From assembly GCA_017467515.1 (NCBI GenBank), contig JAFUSU010000028.1, positions 41,735 through 105,734 of the forward strand: a stretch of DNA of 64,000 bases, written 5' to 3'. Shown here one piece after another: positions 38,545 through 48,750 of this stretch. The DNA comes from Alphaproteobacteria bacterium. GTDB lineage: Bacteria > Pseudomonadota > Alphaproteobacteria > RF32 > CAG-239. The notes under the pieces were generated by a model that was given only the letters and a program-made list of their open reading frames with translations, was not told the DNA's origin and searched no databases. Position numbers and translations under genes: made by a program. Each line of letters starts with the position of its first letter. The stretch's first letter is position 1.

Positions 38545-39621
38545 TTACTCCGCCGGATAAGTTATAGAGCCAAGAACCGGAATGTGTCCGGTGTTTGTTG
38601 TGATATCTGCTGTCGGCGATGTTAGTTTATGGTCGACAACGCCGGTTGCCTTGCTGATTGCTTCATTGATTTTTGAAATAAAAAGCGTCCCCCCTGGCTC
38701 GACTGAACTTGATTTGAAGAAACTCTGCAGACTGTTTTCAATTGCTGCTTTAACGTCTGAAGTTAGCGGTGTTAGGCTTGAAAATTCAAAATTTATAGTG
38801 TCGGCAATAGGTGCCTCGACATAAACGATAGCGGTTGCCGGTTGTTTAGTTTTAATATAATTTTCAACACGAGCAACGTCGGCTGCTTGAGGTATGCCGT
38901 CGCTGTAAACTTCATCCATCATAAAACGGACCGTTACGGTTCCGGCGCCGCTCTCGGTTGATGCGCAATAAGCACGAGTAACTCCGGCGATAGATTTTGC
39001 CCATATCTCGTAATCGCTCTTACACCCGCCCATTGGTGGATTTTGGACGCGTTCCAGCAATCGGGCGCGATAAACTTCTACGTCTTCAATATCCGCTCCG
39101 CCTGTTATGCCGAGCGTTCCGACTTCGCCTTGTGTGTTCACTCCGGCAATCGGCGAAACTAAGCTGATAATTGTTCCTGCTGTGGCATTTCCGATACTTC
39201 CTGCATTGATAGCTTCAACGGGAATTGTGGCAGTTCCTGTATTGCCAATTGTTACTTCTTCTGTTGAAATATATTTAATGCCGTCGGCGCGTTGAAATTC
39301 TGTATTACTCGCAAGAACAGAGCCGTTCGTTCCTGTCATGACAACCGGTCCGTCGGATTTCGACGCTGTTTTGCGTGGAAATTTGTAGGTTTTGCCGTGT
39401 TTTATGAGTTCTTCTTCGTTAGCGTCTTGAATAAAAGCCTGATCCATTACATAATCTATTCGGCGCATACATTCGTCACCGACGCCTGCCATCGTAATTG
39501 CGAGCGCGTTCAAAAAGCTATAACGTAAATTTGCGTCACCGCCTTTAACGTTGGTGTTGACGTCTGAAATGGCTCGGTTTCTTAATTGTTTTAGTGTTGG
39601 TTTGCTGTAATGTGTCGTCAT
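38545..39621 (-). CDS. Baseplate J-like protein (Mu gp47)
   Basis: Size, order and baseplate J-type sequence features. Confidence 0.8.
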   Translation of the reverse strand: MTTHYSKPTLKQLRNRAISDVNTNVKGGDANLRYSFLNALAITMAGVGDECMRRIDYVMDQAFIQDANEEELIKHGKTYKFPRKTASKSDGPVVMTGTNGSVLASNTEFQRADGIKYISTEEVTIGNTGTATIPVEAINAGSIGNATAGTIISLVSPIAGVNTQGEVGTLGITGGADIEDVEVYRARLLERVQNPPMGGCKSDYEIWAKSIAGVTRAYCASTESGAGTVTVRFMMDEVYSDGIPQAADVARVENYIKTKQPATAIVYVEAPIADTINFEFSSLTPLTSDVKAAIENSLQSFFKSSSVEPGGTLFISKINEAISKATGVVDHKLTSPTADITTNTGHIPVLGSITYPAE

Positions 39622-39631
39622 TGCTTTTTCC

Positions 39632-40081
39632 TTATAGACTTGACCATAAGTCGTTGAATTTCATTGTGCGGGTTATGTCGCCGCGTTTTAGTGTAACAAT
39701 GCCGTCAACACGGCTGTTGTCAGTGCTGTGGCGCTCCAGGTTTATTTCGATTTCCGAAACGACGCTGTCGTCAATCATCCATTGTAAGGCTTGTCTTATA
39801 TAATCTTCGGCTTTTGCTAGTGTTTCGTCGGTTATTTTTTCGCGTTTCAAAAGGTAGAGTTTCGACCCCATACTGGCGGCGCTTTCTTGGTCTATTTTAT
39901 CACCCCACCAGCCGAACCGCGCGGCGCCTTCATCCACTTCGTCGGCATCGGCTCGCGCCCAGGTTAAAAGGCTGATAATGACGGCTGTATCAAGCGGATT
40001 GGCACCTATTAAATCGCCATTTGCAACTTTGCAGTCGTATTCACCGATTGAATTGTTAAAATATAAAGCTATATCTGCCAT
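39632..40081 (-). CDS. Mu gp46-like baseplate protein
   Basis: The pattern ...LDTAVIISLLTWARAD...GWWGD is typical of the GP46 family. Confidence 0.8.
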   Translation of the reverse strand: MADIALYFNNSIGEYDCKVANGDLIGANPLDTAVIISLLTWARADADEVDEGAARFGWWGDKIDQESAASMGSKLYLLKREKITDETLAKAEDYIRQALQWMIDDSVVSEIEINLERHSTDNSRVDGIVTLKRGDITRTMKFNDLWSSL

Positions 40082-40148
40082 CTGCCCCTCGAATTGGTTT
40101 ATTTGTTTTTATAATAAATTCCGCAATACCAAATGTTCAAAAAATTTT

Positions 40149-40715
40149 TTACATAGACGCGTTCGGCGCTCCTGTGGTGCCGCCGCTGTCGCCTGGGTGA
40201 TCATGATTATTATAAATATCGCGCATCGCCTGCATTGTGCTTGTATGGTCATTAATATCGCTTGCGGCATCGATTTTTCCGGTTGTGTTAATAACTGGTG
40301 TGTCAAAATTAACGCTGTCTGTGGCTTTAATATCGAGTTTAACTGTATTTATTTTTATATTTCGGCCACGCGCAAACTTCAAATAATCGCCTTCGTCTGT
40401 ATAGAGAGCAACTTCACCGCCTTGTAATCCTTTTAATCTGAATTGCCGGTCGCCTACTGCTACAATAACGCCATTGGAGCGGTCGCCGCCACAAAAGACG
40501 ACGGCCGTTTCCATACCAGGCAGCGGCACGGATGTGAATCCATACCATTGGTAGCACTCGAGACCGTCTTTTACTTCTCCGGCCAGGAGTGTATTCTGCA
40601 TTTGTTGAACTTTTGTTGCGTCGTTAACAATTTTTACGACGCCGCGAACAACCATATTATAGACCCTTGTTTTCAAAGGCGATAAAAATCTATTTAATTG
40701 TTGTTGAATATCCAT
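40149..40715 (-). CDS. Baseplate spike / assembly protein V (Mu gp45)
   Basis: Order and gp45-like sequence. Confidence 0.7.
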   Translation of the reverse strand: MDIQQQLNRFLSPLKTRVYNMVVRGVVKIVNDATKVQQMQNTLLAGEVKDGLECYQWYGFTSVPLPGMETAVVFCGGDRSNGVIVAVGDRQFRLKGLQGGEVALYTDEGDYLKFARGRNIKINTVKLDIKATDSVNFDTPVINTTGKIDAASDINDHTSTMQAMRDIYNNHDHPGDSGGTTGAPNASM

Positions 40716-40716
40716 C

Positions 40717-41790
40717 TTAAACCCCCTCGCGCAGTTCCTTCCATCCTTGGTATGTTTTTATAACTTGCTTGGCCGAAGACATTATAAAGGCTTCCGGCGC
40801 CGAAACTTGAAGTGTTGCCGTCGTGCCGGAAGACCCAGCGTTCAATTTTACCGCTGAAATGATGAGCTTTCCTCTTATTCGTGCGAATTCGTCATCAATG
40901 TTTATGTATGAATTTGGCACCCATAACTGCCCGCCAGCAGTGCGCCATCCGTCTGTCGTATATTCGAACTTTTGGCTTTTAGCGCGGCGGTTTGATTTTT
41001 CCCAAGTGGCGCGGGTTTGTGCGGTGGCTGCATCCATCGCGCTTTCGGCAGTCAAAACAAGCGGCCGATAACGCGTAACGTCGGTGTCGTCTGATTGTCC
41101 TTCGATGCCGGTTATATTTTCGGCGCCGAGTTCGTCTGTGCCGACTAATTGCGACTTAACGTAATACTGCGAGAAACAATCGCGCGAGTTATATTCAACG
41201 CTTCCTTCTAAAATGTTATTCATTGTGCCGTTGTTTATTCTGTGGATTAGTGTTGCAACCGAGGAGCCGGAACCGACCGACTGCACCACAAGATTGCCGC
41301 TGGCGTCGTCGGTATAAGTTAAGCCGCACCGCTTGCAGACTTTCTCAATAATGGATTGGGCGGTTTCGCCTGGTTGAACTTGAAAATCGGGGATTTGTTT
41401 CGGAGTTTCTTTTGATTGAAAAACAAGACCTATTCCGAACGGCTGTAAAATCTTTTTTATAATGTCCTGCGGATTGCCTTTGAGTATTTGTCCGGCGCCC
41501 ATTATGACCGAGCAATCGACAAGATCGCAAGTCTTCGAACGTCCAGAGAACGTGACTTCGTGGCTGGTGGCGTTATATCGCGGTGCGATTCTGTCGAGGT
41601 AGCCTGTTATAACCGGATTGCCATCGATTAAAATCTGACAAGGTTCGTCAAGCGGGATGTTTCGCTTTGTGCCAATGTAGCGATCGGAAACTGTCAAATC
41701 AAACGACGAGGTCATACAGTTTAAACTCCGCGAAATTGTCGCCGATTTCCAGCCGTTATATTTGACGCCGCTTATTTTTAACTCAATCAT
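40717..41790 (-). CDS. Baseplate hub protein (Mu gpP/gp44-like)
   Basis: Order and size within a Mu-type tail module. Confidence 0.65.
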   Translation of the reverse strand: MIELKISGVKYNGWKSATISRSLNCMTSSFDLTVSDRYIGTKRNIPLDEPCQILIDGNPVITGYLDRIAPRYNATSHEVTFSGRSKTCDLVDCSVIMGAGQILKGNPQDIIKKILQPFGIGLVFQSKETPKQIPDFQVQPGETAQSIIEKVCKRCGLTYTDDASGNLVVQSVGSGSSVATLIHRINNGTMNNILEGSVEYNSRDCFSQYYVKSQLVGTDELGAENITGIEGQSDDTDVTRYRPLVLTAESAMDAATAQTRATWEKSNRRAKSQKFEYTTDGWRTAGGQLWVPNSYINIDDEFARIRGKLIISAVKLNAGSSGTTATLQVSAPEAFIMSSAKQVIKTYQGWKELREGV

Positions 41791-43130
41791 TTTGTTAGCA
41801 CCTTTAATTCTTTGTTTGCCGGTATAAACTGCGGATATTTAATGCCATTGCGTTTGACTATTTCGTCGGCTCGCTCCAGGTCCTCGTATAAATCGTAAGC
41901 AAGCGCAAGCGACGGCGTGGTTTCGCCGAGCGTGATTGTTTTTGTTTGCGGTAGGTTTATGATTATCTCGCGCATATATTCAACCACGTCGCGCCGCAAA
42001 TCGCGGAGTGCCTGCATAATCTCGTTTGATGGCTCGACGTCTTCAAAAAGTTCTACTTCTTCAGCGTCTTTCAAAAAGGCGTCAAGAATATTGTTTGCTT
42101 CTTCGGCGTTTTTGAATTCAATATCGGTTATGATTTGCGCTTCCTGTGCAACAACGATTTGTTTTGTGTATTGTTCAAGCTGTTGCATACATAATTTTTC
42201 GGCCTTTGCTTCCTCGGTGCTGTCATTCGCTGTTTCACTCGCGTTACTGGACGAGGCTAATTGACGAACTGTTTGGAAGGCCTCGGCAGGCGCTCCGGTC
42301 GTTGAACTATCGAGGGAGGCAACTGTCGTTTCGTTTGTTGATGTTGTGTTGCCGGTGGTGGCTGTGGCGGTGGCAGTTGTATTTTCGGCGGTTGAGTTTG
42401 CCGGATCGCTTTTTCCTGCGAGTTCTGTTACTGTCGAATAAGAACTTGATAAAGTGTCGGCCATTGCAACGGCGCTTGTAACGTATGATTTCGCATTGTC
42501 TTTTAAGCCTGTAATTTTTTTGACTGCGTCGGCAATGGCGTTTATGCTGTTTGTGATGTCGCTTTTAAGTCCGGACGCGTAACCTATGCCGGAGTTTAAG
42601 CCATTGAGCGCGTCAAGACAGGTGTCGGAAATTTCGCCGACAAGTCCGGTCAAACTTGCAATTCCGCTTGAAACTGCGTATATTGAAACGAAACTATCGC
42701 GAGCGCTGTCCATAAGGGCGCGGGCGGAACTGATAATTGAACCGATCCAATCCATCGCAATTGATGGCATAACTTTTTCGCCTGCCTCAATAAAAGTTAG
42801 GTCTATGACGGCCATTCGGCGCTGGTCGCTGCTCTCTTTTACGCTGACGCCATCACAAATGACGTTTTTGGTGCCGTAATCCGGATGGATTAAAATTCCC
42901 GCTCCTTGGCGTTCACAAGCGCGAATTAAGGCATCGCGACGGCTGGCGTATGTGTCGCCGATAACAAAGGCTTGAACTTGAAAGTTTTGTGTTTTCTTGC
43001 CTAAGTCTTCGGTGTATGGTGTGTCTTTGTTTGGGTATTCGTGAACTTGAACTCTACGACCGGACGTAAAAGAACGATCCTGCACCTCAAATGTTACCCC
43101 ACGAAATGATGCTTGTCTGTATTTTACCAT
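41787..43130 (-). CDS. DNA circulation protein (Mu gpN/gp43-like)
   Basis: N-terminal ASFRGVTFEV...RRVQVHEYPNKDTPYTEDLG matches the DNA_circ_N pattern. Confidence 0.8.
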   Translation of the reverse strand: MVKYRQASFRGVTFEVQDRSFTSGRRVQVHEYPNKDTPYTEDLGKKTQNFQVQAFVIGDTYASRRDALIRACERQGAGILIHPDYGTKNVICDGVSVKESSDQRRMAVIDLTFIEAGEKVMPSIAMDWIGSIISSARALMDSARDSFVSIYAVSSGIASLTGLVGEISDTCLDALNGLNSGIGYASGLKSDITNSINAIADAVKKITGLKDNAKSYVTSAVAMADTLSSSYSTVTELAGKSDPANSTAENTTATATATTGNTTSTNETTVASLDSSTTGAPAEAFQTVRQLASSSNASETANDSTEEAKAEKLCMQQLEQYTKQIVVAQEAQIITDIEFKNAEEANNILDAFLKDAEEVELFEDVEPSNEIMQALRDLRRDVVEYMREIIINLPQTKTITLGETTPSLALAYDLYEDLERADEIVKRNGIKYPQFIPANKELKVLTK

Positions 43131-43139
43131 AACGCCCCC

Positions 43140-45170
43140 TTACCAGGCATAGCCGTATTCAACGCCAAGGTCGAGCGGTCCGTCTTCGCTGATTGTATCG
43201 ACCGACGCTTCTTTTGGCATATTTTTGAATGAAACCTCGACTTTTGCTGACGATTTTTGCGTCTGTTGAGGCGCGTAATATTGCGACAGTGTGGCCGGAG
43301 TTTGTGCCTGTTGTAAATTATTATAAGTGTTGTTATCTGTGCGGCGATTGTAATAATTGTTTATCGTGTCGCCGTCTTCATTGTTGCAAATATTGTTTTT
43401 GGCTCCAGCGTTGTTGTATGTATTATACATATATTCGTTGCGACTGTTATTGTAATTATTTGTAATATCGCCTTCGCTATCATTATTATAAATCGTGTCG
43501 CCGTCTTCGGAATTATAAATATTTCTGAACGATCGCGAATTATTATATGTGTTATATGTATTTTCATCGCCGTCATAATCGTTTTCGATATTCTCGCCGC
43601 CAAAACCCAGCTTATTTGCAACCCAGCCGCCCGCGTCTTTTATGAATGAAAGGCCTTTTTTTAGCGTTTCAATCGGGGATAAAATCGCGTCAATAACTTT
43701 TACAATAAAATCGACTGTCGCTTTTATGCCGTTTTTTATACCGTCCCACGCATCCGTCCAAATCTTAACAAACGACTTGATTTTTCCGGCGATAACGTCA
43801 AATATATCAACGAATTTTTCGCCGAGCCATTCGCCGACGGCCTTAAACGGCGCCAGGAAACCTTCAAGGAAAGCGGAGCCGTATTCGATGAAAGCGTCCC
43901 ACGCCTTTTTTACGCCATCCCAAATGCTTATAAAAAAGTTTCTGAAGCCTTCGCAGTTTTTCCAAAGGTAAACGAACGCGCCGACAAGTGCCGCCGTTCC
44001 GGCAATAAACCAGCCGATTGGCGTCGTTAATATGGCAAGGCCTAATTTTATAAATCCGGTGCGTAAAAAGGCGAGCGCTTTTCCCAGCCCTGGTATAATT
44101 TCGAGGAGTGTCCATACTTCTTTAACTGCTTTTGCCGCATTGCAAATAAAACCGGTATACATAGCCACGCCCAAAAGCAAAACCCACTTGTTTAATCCGG
44201 CGATAACGTCGGTAACTTTCAAAATTCCGGTTGCAAATGCTGATAGTCCGTTTAATATTTTTTCTATGTCGATTTTTTTTAAAACCGCGGCGAATTGCTC
44301 GACAAATTGATTAACCTTTGTTCCTATCAATTCGCGGTTGGCTTTTATCCATTCGGTTATGCGTTTAATAAACGGAATTAAAATCGGGATTAGTTTTCCG
44401 GTTATCTGATTAAAAACACCGCGTATATGTTCGCGAAGGTCCGTGAAACTGTCGCCGAGTTCCTGCGCTCCCTTGACTGTTTCTGTGTCCATAACAAGAC
44501 CGGCGGCGTTGGCTTCTTTGCGGAGCGCGTCCAGGCTTTCTTCTGACTGGTTGGCGATGTTAATCATTGCCTTGCCTGCCGTGCCGAATGCTAACTGTGA
44601 CAAATAAAGTTTTTTCGCAGGGTCTTCAACCTTGCGAATAGCTTTTATCATTAAATTAAATGCTTCTTCGTTGGATTTTGCACCTTTTAATTGGTTTAAA
44701 AGTGCTGGCGATATCTTTTGTAATCCGGCGTATAATGCGCCTGTATTGGTTTTTAATGCGCCATACTGTTTAGATAATTTCGCCAGCGCTTCATTAACTT
44801 CCTCTGCGGATCCTGCATTTAATTTTGAAATATAATGTTGCTCTTGCAGAAATTTCGCGGAAACGCCGAGACGCTCTGTCATATCTGCGACTGCATTCGC
44901 ATATTCCCTGGCTCCGGCAATTCCTTTAACAAAACCGGCGCCCGCCAATCCTGATATAACGCCCAGCGGGGCAATAAGACCGGAAACGCTTTTAATCGTT
45001 CCGTTAATTGCGCTTGTTGCGCGTCCGAATTGACGTGTTAAAGACTGACCGACTTTGCCGACATTTTTCAAAACGCCGGACGCCTGGTCATTAACCTTAA
45101 ATACTGTCTGAATGTCGAATTTATGAGCCATTGCGTTTGCTTTCTCTTTCGAACCGCTGACTGGTTTCAA
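43140..45170 (-). CDS. Tail tape measure protein with N/Y-rich C-terminal repeats
   Basis: It is a long helical protein with a central hydrophobic segment, placed after the G/GT chaperone. The likely true start is the Met at 45131. Confidence 0.8.
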   Translation of the reverse strand: MKPVSGSKEKANAMAHKFDIQTVFKVNDQASGVLKNVGKVGQSLTRQFGRATSAINGTIKSVSGLIAPLGVISGLAGAGFVKGIAGAREYANAVADMTERLGVSAKFLQEQHYISKLNAGSAEEVNEALAKLSKQYGALKTNTGALYAGLQKISPALLNQLKGAKSNEEAFNLMIKAIRKVEDPAKKLYLSQLAFGTAGKAMINIANQSEESLDALRKEANAAGLVMDTETVKGAQELGDSFTDLREHIRGVFNQITGKLIPILIPFIKRITEWIKANRELIGTKVNQFVEQFAAVLKKIDIEKILNGLSAFATGILKVTDVIAGLNKWVLLLGVAMYTGFICNAAKAVKEVWTLLEIIPGLGKALAFLRTGFIKLGLAILTTPIGWFIAGTAALVGAFVYLWKNCEGFRNFFISIWDGVKKAWDAFIEYGSAFLEGFLAPFKAVGEWLGEKFVDIFDVIAGKIKSFVKIWTDAWDGIKNGIKATVDFIVKVIDAILSPIETLKKGLSFIKDAGGWVANKLGFGGENIENDYDGDENTYNTYNNSRSFRNIYNSEDGDTIYNNDSEGDITNNYNNSRNEYMYNTYNNAGAKNNICNNEDGDTINNYYNRRTDNNTYNNLQQAQTPATLSQYYAPQQTQKSSAKVEVSFKNMPKEASVDTISEDGPLDLGVEYGYAW

Positions 45171-45257
45171 CCATTAAAGTGTAAAGCCAGTCTATACGGT
45201 TCAATGTCATATCAAAAAGTTCTGTCGGCGACAAATGGTAAACTTGGATAAGATCGC

Positions 45258-45599
45258 CTATTTTTTCTCTATATCCGAGTTCGCCTCGGCGCCGTATCCG
45301 AAAAAACCGGACACAACGCTTATTACGTTTTGAAAATCCGCAACGCAAAGCGATTTTATTGTTGACCTTGGAACATTCGCCAAATCTGACGCCAAAGCAC
45401 ACAACGCCCGCGTATTTATGCGGATTTTCTGTTCATTTTTGGCGTCAATATCGGTGTCATCCCCTTGGTAAATGTCGAACGGATAGCCACGATTTACGAT
45501 ATCCGCGCCGGTTGGCTCGCGGAACGTGAGGGCGGTTATTTCGCCGCCCTCGCTGGCTACTGGTTTAACGAGTTGAATTGTGATTGTGTTAGCTGCCAT
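45258..45599 (-). CDS. Tail assembly chaperone (G-like, Mu gp41 family)
   Basis: It lies between the tube and tape measure genes and carries a slippery site near its 3' end. Confidence 0.75.
   Translation of the reverse strand: MAANTITIQLVKPVASEGGEITALTFREPTGADIVNRGYPFDIYQGDDTDIDAKNEQKIRINTRALCALASDLANVPRSTIKSLCVADFQNVISVVSGFFGYGAEANSDIEKK
45300..45306 (-). promoter_or_regulatory. -1 programmed ribosomal frameshift site T_TTT_TTC producing the G-T fusion (45121-45599)
   Basis: The zero frame reads GGT TTT TTC. The -1 frame continues as FRIRRRGELGYREKIG..., which is ORF 45121-45402, and ends inside the tape measure start region. Confidence 0.7.
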
Positions 45600-45616
45600 A
45601 ACTTAATCCTTTCTTA

Positions 45617-45976
45617 TTAACTCATTTCGGTAATATCTGCACCCTCGAAACGAACGGAAACCTCGCCGGTTGCCGCGTCGTGTGAAGGCTCGCCTGCCAG
45701 GAACATTTCGCGGCCGACGTATGTCTTGCCGTTGATTAGCTCCAGCGTGATTGTGGCGTCGCGTAATGCTTCCAGCTCCTTAACGCTTAAAGAGCCGGTG
45801 TCGATTAAACTTCCTTCCATATAAGGAACGCGTGCCGCGTCCGTATAACCTGCAACACCGCTTAAACCGGTAACACCGGTTTTAACTGTGGTTGTTGGCG
45901 AAACGGACCAAGAACCGGCGAGTGTCTTTTGGTCGCCGTTGATTTTCAAATATGCGGTTCCCCCGATTGCTTTCAT
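45617..45976 (-). CDS. Tail tube protein (Mu gpM-like)
   Basis: It follows the sheath gene and has a Mu tube-like sequence (MKAIGGTAYLKINGDQ). Confidence 0.75.
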   Translation of the reverse strand: MKAIGGTAYLKINGDQKTLAGSWSVSPTTTVKTGVTGLSGVAGYTDAARVPYMEGSLIDTGSLSVKELEALRDATITLELINGKTYVGREMFLAGEPSHDAATGEVSVRFEGADITEMS

Positions 45977-45988
45977 GCCTGCCTCCTA

Positions 45989-47464
45989 TTATAAACGAAA
46001 TTGGTTGAGTAAAGCGAAGACGTTTAACTGGTTGACATAGTCTGGGTCAAACAGAACGTCGAGCCGGTTTCTATCGTTGATGTTGCGTTCAACGATAAGA
46101 CCTGCCTTGAAGTCTTCTTCATTTTCGACAAGACCTAAATTTTCAAGCGCTTGATATGCCGCGATTAACTCCGCTTTAATGATTTTCGGCGTGGCGATTG
46201 CTTGACCTTCACCGAACTTCGTCCCATCATCGGCCAGCTTATGACGGCCGTATTTTGATGTAATTATGCTTCGCAAATAACGCAAAACGTAAGCGGACGT
46301 ATAAAGCGTTTCAACGCTTAAATACGAATTGTCGGCTTGTCCGTATCCGTTCTTTTGGTATGTCGTAATAACGCGTTCAATTTGAACGACGCCGTTGACG
46401 ACTGTATATGTGGACATTCCGTTTTTTAACAAAGTTTCACGCTCGGTCAAAGTAAAGCGGTTTGTTCTACTTGGAGCGGATACGCCATTTAACTGTAATG
46501 TCTGTAACGGACGCGCAGGATCTGCAGCGATTGAGGTTGCAGAGGCTCCAGCAAGCGCTGCAGCTACACACCAAATCGGTGTATTTGTGCCATTTATCGG
46601 TAAAATTGATAAATGCTGGTCATTCAAACCCGCGCCCAATGTTTGAGCGGCAGAAACGGTCCCGCGGTATGCTCCCCAAACGTGGCCGTATAATTGTTTT
46701 GAATATGACCACGCACCGGTTGCGTCATTCATATATTCGCGTAATGCTGTTAATGAAGTCGCATCTGTAAACGCTGAAATAATGAAATCATACTGTTCTT
46801 CGCCAAGATTTGAAATGGCGGTTGCTAAAGTAACGTTACCGGCGCCACCTGTCGGTTGTGTGGTTCCTATAGTTACCCCTGCAGGAGTTTTTTCGCCGTT
46901 TGTTTCTCCGAGTAAATTAACCGATAAAATAATATCGTTTCCGCAGATGCCTTTATTCTTGGCTGTAACTGTGACACTACCCTCGCTGGCGGCTGCTGTC
47001 ACCGGTAAATCGGCATTTGCATTAATTACTGCAGCGGCAGCTGTTGCGATTTGGTCTGCCGTGTCGCCTTCGCCGATGCCGACTTGAACGACTGTATCAT
47101 AAACATATAAACTCAAAACACCGGCTTCTGTTGCTGTTCCCGAAATTGTGAAAGCACCAGCGGCGGCTGTGCCGGACGCCGGATCCGCAATCGGTAAGCA
47201 GTAAACTTCAACCGAGGAGTTGTTTTTTAAATATGATTCGACCATCTGCGCGAGTTGCGAACCTTGTCCGAATTTGTTTTTTGCCGTTTCCTTACTTGAA
47301 ATATAGACAGGTTCATTTACAACAGCGGAACTGTTGCTTAAAACCTGGCCTAGAATTAAAGTGCGATAAGTGGCGCTGAAAGTTCCGGCCTTGCTATTGT
47401 CCATCTCGGCATAAAACAACGGGCATCTGATCGTGTTCGGAATGGTATTGAAAGGAACTGTCAT
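45989..47464 (-). CDS. Contractile tail sheath protein
   Basis: Size, order and sheath-like sequence. Confidence 0.85.
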   Translation of the reverse strand: MTVPFNTIPNTIRCPLFYAEMDNSKAGTFSATYRTLILGQVLSNSSAVVNEPVYISSKETAKNKFGQGSQLAQMVESYLKNNSSVEVYCLPIADPASGTAAAGAFTISGTATEAGVLSLYVYDTVVQVGIGEGDTADQIATAAAAVINANADLPVTAAASEGSVTVTAKNKGICGNDIILSVNLLGETNGEKTPAGVTIGTTQPTGGAGNVTLATAISNLGEEQYDFIISAFTDATSLTALREYMNDATGAWSYSKQLYGHVWGAYRGTVSAAQTLGAGLNDQHLSILPINGTNTPIWCVAAALAGASATSIAADPARPLQTLQLNGVSAPSRTNRFTLTERETLLKNGMSTYTVVNGVVQIERVITTYQKNGYGQADNSYLSVETLYTSAYVLRYLRSIITSKYGRHKLADDGTKFGEGQAIATPKIIKAELIAAYQALENLGLVENEEDFKAGLIVERNINDRNRLDVLFDPDYVNQLNVFALLNQFRL

Positions 47465-47467
47465 TTA

Positions 47468-47791
47468 TTAATCCCCCTTGTTTTCATTGGTTGCGGTTGC
47501 GTCGGCGGTTTTTTCTTCCGTCGGCGTGGTTTCTTTTTTTGCCTTTGCCTCGGCCTTGTCTTTATTAGTTTTGGCTTTGGTGGTGTTTTTTGCCGCTTTT
47601 GCGGCGGTTTTTTCTTCCGTCGGCTGATTTTCGGCTACTTCGACAACGTCTTTTGTGGCAAGCCTGCGCATCCAGTAAGCGTTATCTACAACCTTGCGAC
47701 CAGCTTCCGGTAAAAAATCGTTATGAACCGGATCATATACTTTTAACGGTTCTTTTCCGACTTTTCTTTCTGGGTTTGGTTTTACGAACAT
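47468..47791 (-). CDS. DUF2635 (Mu gp38-like) protein with K/T/A-rich tail
   Basis: MFVKPNPERKV...YWMRRLATKDV is the DUF2635 pattern. The start was set at an internal Met. Confidence 0.6.
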   Translation of the reverse strand: MFVKPNPERKVGKEPLKVYDPVHNDFLPEAGRKVVDNAYWMRRLATKDVVEVAENQPTEEKTAAKAAKNTTKAKTNKDKAEAKAKKETTPTEEKTADATATNENKGD

Positions 47792-47792
47792 T

Positions 47793-48359
47793 TTATGCTC
47801 CTTCTTCGTTAAAGTTGATATCTGTTTCAAACTCAATGCGGCCATCTGGTCCAGGCGCCGGATCCGCGATTGGCTCTATACCGTCAACACTGATATGTAT
47901 ATTATCAAGCGTATCAGTAATTTTCGGCTTGTATTCCTGGTAATAGGTCAAATTGAACGACAAAATTTCAAGCAAAATCGGGCGGGCGCCTTGATCGTAT
48001 GTTGAATATTCAACGCTGTAACCGATTGTATTGGTTGAAAGGTTTGTAAATTCCGGATTTGCGAGTAACGCTTCTTCGACCGCTTCCGCGATTTCATCGG
48101 CTGTGCTGGCATAACCCCTCATTTCCGAAACGTAAATTTCAACGTTCAAGGTTAAGGTGGCTTCAAATCGTGCAACGTTTAGACTTTTGAGTTCGGCATC
48201 TTGTTTTTGCGTTAAAATATTTATACCTGGCAGAAATTTACCCTCGAAAGGCGTTATTTTCATATTATGGATATTGTCGGCGCTTACTAAAGCTGTAACC
48301 GCGGCATTATTCCGCAATATTTCGATAACTTTTTCTCTTATTTCCTGCCTAGCCAGCAT
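47793..48359 (-). CDS. Neck/tail-terminator-like protein
   Basis: It sits between the head and tail modules. Its function is inferred from order only. Confidence 0.45.
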   Translation of the reverse strand: MLARQEIREKVIEILRNNAAVTALVSADNIHNMKITPFEGKFLPGINILTQKQDAELKSLNVARFEATLTLNVEIYVSEMRGYASTADEIAEAVEEALLANPEFTNLSTNTIGYSVEYSTYDQGARPILLEILSFNLTYYQEYKPKITDTLDNIHISVDGIEPIADPAPGPDGRIEFETDINFNEEGA

Positions 48360-48696
48360 ATTTACCCTCGCAATATAAAACTATTCTGCTTTCACTCCAT
48401 CCGTCTTCCGGTTGGCGGGTTACTGTGTAAAGATTACCCTTAACAACGAACTGATCATGTTGTATCGGTCTTCTTATACCTAAAGCGTCAAAATCTGAAA
48501 GTTTAACGCTTAAGACCGGCATTGGTGTTTCGACCGGAACTTCGCCGCTGGTGTCTAAAACATTAACAGCTTCGTCAAGAATTCCGACCATTTTATATTT
48601 TGCCTCGCTTTCTGCTGGCAAAAAAACAATCGGGTCGCCGTAATAATCAAGACAACAATCCATACAAAGGTCTATATCGTCGTTAAAATCTGCCAT
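48349..48696 (-). CDS. Head-tail joining/adaptor-like protein
   Basis: It sits after the capsid gene. Its function is inferred from order only. Confidence 0.4.
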   Translation of the reverse strand: MADFNDDIDLCMDCCLDYYGDPIVFLPAESEAKYKMVGILDEAVNVLDTSGEVPVETPMPVLSVKLSDFDALGIRRPIQHDQFVVKGNLYTVTRQPEDGWSESRIVLYCEGKYAG

Positions 48697-48750
48697 CTTT
48701 TTTTCCTAAAAAGGCGGAAGTTTTAAGGCTTCCGCCTTTTATTGCGCCTA

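Noticed and set aside
43229-43621. The Asn-rich (AAY-rich) segment of the tape measure gene, considered as a second DGR template or target.
   Set aside because: There is no second copy of this sequence in the window and no A-specific mismatch pattern. It is in-frame coding low complexity.
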